A stretch of DNA of 64,000 nt from Candidatus Obscuribacteraceae bacterium (GTDB lineage Bacteria; Cyanobacteriota; Vampirovibrionia; Obscuribacterales; Obscuribacteraceae): NCBI GenBank assembly GCA_044226015.1, contig JBGAHS010000005.1:128001-192000 (forward strand). Reading direction: 5' to 3'. Below, piece after piece: positions 57,562 to 64,000 of the stretch. Numbering within the stretch: the stretch's first letter is position 1; each line of letters begins with the position of its first letter. The position numbers were made by a program, and so were the translations under genes. The notes under the pieces are model-generated. The model was not told where the DNA came from. It worked only from the letters and a program-made list of their open reading frames with translations, and made no database searches.

Positions 57562-58815
57562 TTACTCTTTTTTGTTTAGCTCGGAAAGGTCGATGGGCAG
57601 CTTTGTTGGCTTTCGCACCTTTTCAACCTTGCCTTTTTTATCAATGGCATATTCGTCGGTAGGCAGTTCGCCATCTTTAAGTCCGCCATTGCAAGCATAA
57701 GCAGTGCCAGCGTGAAACTCGTCAGCTCTGTCGAACTGTGCTTCGACCAGCCAGCTGCCGTCCTTCTTGATGTAACCCCACGATGCGGTCTCTTTGCTGC
57801 CAGCAGTTGCTGCTGGGGCTAGACCATCATGGAAAGAGCCGGCACCAGCGAAGGTGGCAGGAATTTTGTAGGCGCCACTTTTATCGATATATCCCCATTT
57901 ACCTGTGTAATCAAGGACGGCTGCAAGACCCTCTGAGAAATCTTCCTCTCTCATGTATACAGGCTTAAGGACGTATTTGCCTTTCTTATCTATGTAACCC
58001 CAGCGGCGCTTCCATTTGCTCGTGTCTTTCACTAGTACTCGTGCGCGCTGATCTACAAAGGGATAAGCCTGCAGGTAAGCAGCAGGCAACACATATCGTC
58101 CAGCGTGATCAATAAATCCGCATGAATTTAGCTCTGGCTTTGCGACATTCGAGTTGTATACTGCTGCGAGTCCATCAGAAAAATTGCTGTGTTCAAGCTG
58201 ATCTTCACGATGTACCGAGTTGCCTTCTGAAAATGGTGAAACAAAAAATTGCGGCTGAATAACAAACTTTCCTGTTTTGTTTATAAAACCGATTTTGCCG
58301 CTTATTCTATCTTCAACACAGGCAACGCCTTCGGAAAAGGGTCCACAGTACTCCCATTTTTGGTTGACGGGAATTATTTGTTTCCCCTCTTTGTCAATGT
58401 ATAAATACCCTTTTGAGCCGGAGTCGATTTTTACCAAAATTCGCGCTCTGTCATCAGCGAAGTGATCTGCTGCAATGACTTTAGTTACGTCGATATCGGT
58501 TTTGACATGCACATGATAATTCGAGTCGCGGTAGGTCAACTTGTCCTTAAATGATGCTGGAATGAGTTCCTCATATTTGACACCTGATATACGTTTGCCT
58601 ATCGTCACTGCCCCCATTGGTGAGTCGGTATCTGTCTCAGATTTTGTGGTATGCAAGACATCAGGGACGGTCAGATGTTCTTTCTTCCAGAAGTAGAAGA
58701 TGCCACCGAAAATGCCGAGAACCAGCACCGATAGTACGACCGTTATTATTCGTCTGACTTTGCGAGCTTTTTCCTGCTGTTTCTTTTTGGCGATTTCCAG
58801 GTGTGGGGAGTTCAA
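57562..58815 (-). CDS. WG-repeat protein, membrane anchored
   Basis: Repeated FSEGLAAV...WGYIDKSG; N-terminal TM. Confidence 0.9.
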   Translation of the reverse strand: MNSPHLEIAKKKQQEKARKVRRIITVVLSVLVLGIFGGIFYFWKKEHLTVPDVLHTTKSETDTDSPMGAVTIGKRISGVKYEELIPASFKDKLTYRDSNYHVHVKTDIDVTKVIAADHFADDRARILVKIDSGSKGYLYIDKEGKQIIPVNQKWEYCGPFSEGVACVEDRISGKIGFINKTGKFVIQPQFFVSPFSEGNSVHREDQLEHSNFSDGLAAVYNSNVAKPELNSCGFIDHAGRYVLPAAYLQAYPFVDQRARVLVKDTSKWKRRWGYIDKKGKYVLKPVYMREEDFSEGLAAVLDYTGKWGYIDKSGAYKIPATFAGAGSFHDGLAPAATAGSKETASWGYIKKDGSWLVEAQFDRADEFHAGTAYACNGGLKDGELPTDEYAIDKKGKVEKVRKPTKLPIDLSELNKKE

Positions 58816-58835
58816 TCAGCACCTCCAGCAGTACG

Positions 58836-59312
58836 CTAACTCTCTGTACTCATTATAATCTGAATCGTGGTCTTGTCTAAATCAGGCATCGCCATAATTG
58901 ATGCTGACTTTTTGTTTGATTGCGCAGTCAACGAATCTAATCCGCTGGTACTGGTTTCTGAGTCTACCTTCCAGCCATTTTTCTTGAACCAATCTTTGTA
59001 AAAGGAAATGACCTTGCCCTTTTTCTGAATCGTTTCAAGGCTGACCGTAACTGTTGTTTTTTCAACTGCTGGAGGCATTGAGAATTTTATTTTAGAGTCA
59101 GGGAATTGAGGAAATGGAATACTTTGCGGATACTCGTATGGCTTAGTGTTAGATTTCGTGCTCGGAGCAACTGCCGCAAGCTCGCGTTCCGCCTTCATTT
59201 TTCGCGGACTTGAAAGCTCGGCTTCTGAGTTCGTGCTTTCTTGCACAGTCTTGCATGAACACAACAAGACGAGCATTGCAAGGGCAAAGCATCGTCTCGC
59301 TGCTGTGTTCAT
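58836..59312 (-). CDS. Putative lipoprotein
   Basis: GAGG RBS; LLCSC lipobox; FYKDWFKKNGW alpha/beta motif. Confidence 0.75.
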   Translation of the reverse strand: MNTAARRCFALAMLVLLCSCKTVQESTNSEAELSSPRKMKAERELAAVAPSTKSNTKPYEYPQSIPFPQFPDSKIKFSMPPAVEKTTVTVSLETIQKKGKVISFYKDWFKKNGWKVDSETSTSGLDSLTAQSNKKSASIMAMPDLDKTTIQIIMSTES

Positions 59313-59396
59313 TTTCGTTCCTCGGCAGAGTTGGAAGCAAGCTGCTTCCGGTGCCTGACTCCTGCGTGGGTCTTGTTGTCTGTTCAGACTTGGGAG

Positions 59397-61034
59397 TTAG
59401 GCTCCCGGTGTCTGACCCGATGGTGCCTGGCTTCCTGAGCTGTCATCTTGTGGCTGATTCAAGCGAATCAGCGCCATTTCTTGCGTGTTGTTTGGACCAT
59501 AATGCACAAGTATCTGGCTGTCATCTTTTGTCAGGTCGCCAATCGTGGTATCAAAAACGGTGCTATTGTTCTGACCAATAGTCCACGAGACACGCTGCGT
59601 TTTCTTATCTAGCGCTCCATAAATTTGTGAGCGCTCGTTTGTTAATTGGTTCAGGTAGTTACCCCGGACGATGCCATCTTTACTAATTGCGATCTGTACC
59701 ATCATGTTGGATTGTGATTGTCCAGGTTCTGCTAGTGCAAAGACCCCCAATGGTGCCCAGTCACCCCCACCACTAGCTGCCGAAGCTTGTGATGATACGT
59801 TTGGAGCGACCGGCGGATAGTTTCCAGCATTGTTTTGAGCTGCAGCATTTGCCGCATTCTGGTTTGCATAAGCGTCCGCCTGTCCAGCTGCATAAGCTTG
59901 CGCTGCGAGCTGTTGGGCGCTCTGGTAGTACTGTTGCGAAGAACCATATGGCTGGCCATTAACATACACGGTGTCGCCCTGGTAAGTCACGTTTGTTGTA
60001 CTTGCTGGTGCGCTGTTTTTATTTGAACCTGCAATTTCTGCTCCCATGAGCCCCATTCCAAGGAATGTTGTTAGAGAAGAAATGCCCATGCAAGTCCACA
60101 TTGATGCTTCAGACCAACCTGGGTAGCCCCAGCACCCGGCCCCGCCCCAATAACCATGGTACGCGTTTGATGCTGCCCAGCCGTGAGCATATCCGTTCCC
60201 ATAAGGGTGATAGCCGCCGTATGCACCGTAACCACCATAGGCACCATTACGGTTCACGTTCACGTTGTTGACGTTGTTGAACTGATTGTTTTTGTTGAAC
60301 TGATTGTTGTTGAAAGAATTGCGGATGCTTTGACCCTGATTCTTCAAATTATTCTGGTTGATGGTGTGCGGGGTTTTGTTCTGTAGTCCAGAGATGCCAC
60401 CAAAGCCACCATCAGTAGGAAGATGGTCCGGGAAATTAGGTCTAGAAGAGATTGGTTGATCTGGACGATTGCCTTGTCCAAAGTTGCCTCGATTTTCAAA
60501 GCCACCCTGACCGCCAAAATTGCCTCGATTTTCGAAACCACCTTGACCGCCGAAATTGCCGCGATTTTCAAAGCCGCCTTGACCGCCGCCGAAATTGCCG
60601 CGATTTTCGAAGCCGCCTTGTCCGCCGCCAAAATTGCCGCGGTTCTCAAAGCCGCCGGACTTCATTCCGCCTTGACCGCCGAGGCTGTTGAAACCGCCAC
60701 CGAAGTCACGATTTCCTTGTTTGCCACCGAAGCCACTAGCACCACCGAAGTTGCCACCACCAAAATTGTGGTCGCCGCCACCAAAGCTGCGATCTCCGCC
60801 ACCGCCGAAGCCACCACCACCGAAATTGTGTTCGCCGCCGCCGAAACTGCGACCGCCACCACCGAAGCCGCCGCCACCACCGCCGAAGCTGCGACCGCCG
60901 CCACCAAAGCCACCACCACCGAAACTGCGTCCACCGCCGCCGAAGCCGCCTCTGGCGAAGCCAGGTAGCGCAATGGTCAGGCTGACAGCAGACATGATGA
61001 GAATTCTCAGTAATTTAGTATTCACTTCTTTCAC
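59397..61034 (-). CDS. Exported Gly-rich repeat protein with a globular C-terminal beta domain
   Basis: Signal peptide ending GFA|R; GGFENRGNFG x5; C-terminal WAPLGVFAL...GALDKKTQRVSW. Confidence 0.85.
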   Translation of the reverse strand: MKEVNTKLLRILIMSAVSLTIALPGFARGGFGGGGRSFGGGGFGGGGRSFGGGGGGFGGGGRSFGGGEHNFGGGGFGGGGDRSFGGGDHNFGGGNFGGASGFGGKQGNRDFGGGFNSLGGQGGMKSGGFENRGNFGGGQGGFENRGNFGGGQGGFENRGNFGGQGGFENRGNFGGQGGFENRGNFGQGNRPDQPISSRPNFPDHLPTDGGFGGISGLQNKTPHTINQNNLKNQGQSIRNSFNNNQFNKNNQFNNVNNVNVNRNGAYGGYGAYGGYHPYGNGYAHGWAASNAYHGYWGGAGCWGYPGWSEASMWTCMGISSLTTFLGMGLMGAEIAGSNKNSAPASTTNVTYQGDTVYVNGQPYGSSQQYYQSAQQLAAQAYAAGQADAYANQNAANAAAQNNAGNYPPVAPNVSSQASAASGGGDWAPLGVFALAEPGQSQSNMMVQIAISKDGIVRGNYLNQLTNERSQIYGALDKKTQRVSWTIGQNNSTVFDTTIGDLTKDDSQILVHYGPNNTQEMALIRLNQPQDDSSGSQAPSGQTPGA

Positions 61035-61059
61035 CTTTTACCAATCAAGTTTTTGCTGT

Positions 61060-62064
61060 CTACTTAACTCTGTGTACTTTCAATGCTTCTGTGTCATTGA
61101 AAGAGAGCCCGTTGAGACTGCGATTTACTGATTGCCAGGTAAAGTTATTGCTGTCTGAGGGGGAGATCATGTTGGTAGCGCTTGTGGAACTTCCATCTCT
61201 TTCAATTCCAGTAGCTTCCACCAACCATTCCTTATTACGCTTGATCCACGAACCGTAACCGTAGCCACCGTTCGAATCAAAATGCCACGATATCGGTTGT
61301 TCGCTGCGTGGGTCCCAACCAATTATTTGTTTGCTTTCGAGCACTGGAGCATCTGCTGATTTCTTTACCTGATAGGTGCAAACAATGAAATTCTTATGTG
61401 GTGCCCATGCAGCACTCATATTTACAGAGCCACCATTCTTTTCTGCAGACCATTCGCCAATCAACCAGGACAATTGCTCAAGCGGGTCAGCAGCCGTTGT
61501 TTCTTGCAATGGTGTTTCTGTAGCAGAGGAAATGAGCCAATTGCCTGACTCTTGTTTTTGTAAGACTATAGAGAAGTGAGTTTCAGGGCTGGGTCCATTG
61601 ACCCCATTTTTCCGTTTGACCATTCCTTCCGCTAGCACTACTGTTGGTGCTAAGGTTCGAACGCTTGTTGTTACGAATTCTATTTGTTGTGCACCACTAT
61701 CTGCTTTGACAGCACTAAATCTCTTTTCTAGATTGTCTCTACCTTTGCAGACGTCGCCATCAACACTTGTGTAGTCGCCATCTGCTGTCCACAAGGCGAC
61801 CAATCCTTTGACGTCTCCATCAGCGAGAGCCTTCGCTGCTTGAGGTAGAACCCCTGTCGCTTCAGTGCTACCGGAAGTAGTGACTACCACTTCATCTTTT
61901 GACTTTTTTGATTCCTTTTTAGACTCATGCTTGGCGGCTTTTTTCGCCGACTTATCTGTCTTATCACTCTTCGCTCCTGCGAATTGTGTGCTACCAAAGG
62001 TCGAAAATCCCAGGGCGATCGCTATCAAGATAGCCTGTGGCTTTTTAATGGAGCTGATGTTCAT
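61060..62064 (-). CDS. Exported NTF2/SnoaL-like (SgcJ/EcaC, DUF4440-like) protein with a second beta domain
   Basis: GDVKGLVALWTADGDY...GNWLI; LEQLSWLIGEW; GAGG RBS before ATG 62064. Confidence 0.8.
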   Translation of the reverse strand: MNISSIKKPQAILIAIALGFSTFGSTQFAGAKSDKTDKSAKKAAKHESKKESKKSKDEVVVTTSGSTEATGVLPQAAKALADGDVKGLVALWTADGDYTSVDGDVCKGRDNLEKRFSAVKADSGAQQIEFVTTSVRTLAPTVVLAEGMVKRKNGVNGPSPETHFSIVLQKQESGNWLISSATETPLQETTAADPLEQLSWLIGEWSAEKNGGSVNMSAAWAPHKNFIVCTYQVKKSADAPVLESKQIIGWDPRSEQPISWHFDSNGGYGYGSWIKRNKEWLVEATGIERDGSSTSATNMISPSDSNNFTWQSVNRSLNGLSFNDTEALKVHRVK

Positions 62065-62422
62065 TTGATTCCTCGCATGTGTACATAATGGCTGTCGAAA
62101 GTCACCATCCGCGCTCATGCTACTACAAAATGGATAAAGCTCAGCTCTTTGCCATCACGATGTGAAATCTCTTGAAGTGGATCTCATAAAGCCAGTTTTA
62201 TGATGCAAAGAAGAATTTTAGGCTGCAATGCTTCATTGCGCCATTAATGGATTAGAGCACGCTAAGCTTCCGGAGATATCAATAGCAGCGGCATTTGCAG
62301 TCACTATGCTGAACTGGCAAATTTTTAATGATACTTGCTTATCCAGGAATAGTTCTCAAGTTGAATTGCTCTTCATGCGATTAATTCGTTGATGAACGAA
62401 AATAGTTCGTCTGGAGGCCACA

Positions 62423-63922
62423 TTGTTATTCAATAGTCTTCAATATCTACTATTTTTGCCGGTGGTGACGCTGCTGTATTGGCGTGCCCCCAAAGTGCTG
62501 CGTCTTCCGATTTTGCTGCTGGCGTCCTACCTGTTCTACATGAGCTGGATGCGAGTCTATGGGCTTTTGCTTTTCGGACTGACTCTGGTCAACTTCTTGA
62601 TTGGTCTTGCTATTCATAAGTCGGCTGCTAGAAATTATCGGAGATTGATATTTATTGCCGGTCTGAGCGTCAATTTGTTCTGCCTGGCATTATTCAAGTA
62701 CACGAATTTCTTGCTTGATTCGATTAGAACACTTTGTGCGAACTTTGAAGGAAGCGCTGCTCTTGCTGCTAATTCGGTTCTTCACACGATTAGCGCAAAT
62801 GTTCCGCATGACCTTCCCATAATTCTTCCGTTAGGAATTTCCTTTTTTGTTTTCGAATTCATTCATTACCTGACTGATATCTTCAAAGGCGATAAACCGA
62901 TTTTCTCACCATTGAAGTTTGCCTTGTTTGCTGCATTTTTTCCTTCTCAAATTGCTGGGCCAATCAAGCGATATCAGGATTTCGAGAAGCAGGAAGTTGC
63001 TGACGCAAAATTTGATAGAAAGCTATTTAATTCTGGGCTTCTTCTGATAGCTCAGGGTATGTTCAAGAAAGTTGCTCTGGGCGATAATCTTGCTCCAATT
63101 GTTCAAGTGGGTTTCAACAACCCGCATCTCATGAGCACCACAGATGCGTGGGCTTGTGTGCTCGCGTTTTCCATGCAAATTTACTATGACTTTTCTGGGT
63201 ATACCGACATTGCGATTGGCTCTGCAAATGTCCTTGGATTCACCCTTCCAGACAATTTCAAAATGCCTTATTCTGCAAGGAGTCTGAAAGATTTTTGGCA
63301 CCGTTGGCACATAAGTCTGTCTAGTTGGCTGCGAGACTATCTGTATATTCCACTCGGGGGTTCACGCAAAGGGAATGCTCGTGCGATAGTCAATTTGATT
63401 ACTACAATGTTGCTTGGTGGGCTTTGGCATGGTGCTTCATGGCATTTTGTTATTTGGGGCGGTATGCACGGGTTTGGTCTGGCTATCAATAAAATACTGG
63501 ACGAATTCATTTCGAAAAACAAGTTGCTCGAAAATCTGACAAAGACGACTGCTTGGAACCTCTGTGCTCAAGCATTCATTTTTGTATTTGTCTCTCTTGC
63601 GTGGGTGGTGTTCAGAGCTAAAGATGCTAGTGAGGCGTTCGCGATTTATCATCAATTGTTCTCAGTTCAGCCATCTTTGACACCAGAGGCTACGATAATT
63701 GAAAGTTTCTGGAATTCAAGTCTTCCATTTGCGGCTTCTGTTTATGTACTTGCAAATCTCGTCTCACGCTTGCCTGAGAAATTCAAATATTTCATTCCTG
63801 AGGGGCTCAGAGAAAATGGCATTCCAGCATATGCTCAGGTTGTTTTGCTTTCTGGTTTTGCTTTGCTCATAGTCGGACTTGCACCGCACGCGGCGATCCC
63901 TTTCATATACTTCCAATTCTAG
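62423..63922 (+). CDS. MBOAT family O-acyltransferase (AlgI/DltB-like)
   Basis: LPLGISFF, AGPI, DFSGYTD, FWHRWHISLS, GLWHG catalytic His, FIYFQF terminus. Confidence 0.95.
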   Translation: MLFNSLQYLLFLPVVTLLYWRAPKVLRLPILLLASYLFYMSWMRVYGLLLFGLTLVNFLIGLAIHKSAARNYRRLIFIAGLSVNLFCLALFKYTNFLLDSIRTLCANFEGSAALAANSVLHTISANVPHDLPIILPLGISFFVFEFIHYLTDIFKGDKPIFSPLKFALFAAFFPSQIAGPIKRYQDFEKQEVADAKFDRKLFNSGLLLIAQGMFKKVALGDNLAPIVQVGFNNPHLMSTTDAWACVLAFSMQIYYDFSGYTDIAIGSANVLGFTLPDNFKMPYSARSLKDFWHRWHISLSSWLRDYLYIPLGGSRKGNARAIVNLITTMLLGGLWHGASWHFVIWGGMHGFGLAINKILDEFISKNKLLENLTKTTAWNLCAQAFIFVFVSLAWVVFRAKDASEAFAIYHQLFSVQPSLTPEATIIESFWNSSLPFAASVYVLANLVSRLPEKFKYFIPEGLRENGIPAYAQVVLLSGFALLIVGLAPHAAIPFIYFQF

Positions 63923-63932
63923 GGACGAAGCG

Positions 63933-64000
63933 ATGGTTGAAACCGAAACAAAGGAACAGAGACTGAGGCGGGTAGGCGCACCACCCGTGCCACCAGCGGC
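63933..64000 (+). CDS. 5' end of the next gene, truncated by window edge
   Basis: ATG 10 nt after the MBOAT stop; frame open to the end of the window. Confidence 0.45.
   Translation, partial: MVETETKEQRLRRVGAPPVPPA

Noticed and set aside
60423..61131. Pro-rich and Ala/Thr-rich plus-strand ORFs
   Set aside because: Antisense shadows of the Gly-rich gene

Overview
A gene-dense bacterial chromosomal window with about 40 CDSs and one tRNA-Thr(CGT). I found no rRNA, CRISPR array, transposase or integrase. The gene families (many exported TPR and low-complexity proteins, sensor kinases with a 'KL..KGLILVGxP' N-terminus, a pseudopilin-like 'KGNMRTVQIAAESFATD' protein) resemble, from memory, Candidatus Obscuribacterales (Vampirovibrionia/Melainabacteria); this taxonomy is an inference. 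Recognisable genes: amidase-family fragment, S9 peptidase, Ser/Thr kinase-like protein, Rieske oxygenase, GH43, glgP, phosphoketolase, HK/OmpR pair, rsgA, TolC, WG-repeat protein and MBOAT. Main findings: (1) two paralogous double-length histidine kinases in which module 1 keeps the ATPase motifs but lacks the phospho-His, while module 2 keeps the His but has a degenerate ATPase, suggesting a single-chain asymmetric pseudo-dimer; (2) two ORFs joined in frame by one TGA, giving an exported SelN-like thioredoxin-fold candidate selenoprotein with a possible SECIS; (3) a leader-peptide/attenuator upstream of rsgA; (4) a candidate sRNA and a 24-bp operator-like palindrome flanking an aspartate-less LuxR regulator; (5) a PhyH fused to a circularly permuted, Ser-less ACP-like domain; (6) several predicted pseudo-enzymes. 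All family assignments come from motif recognition by eye, not database searches.
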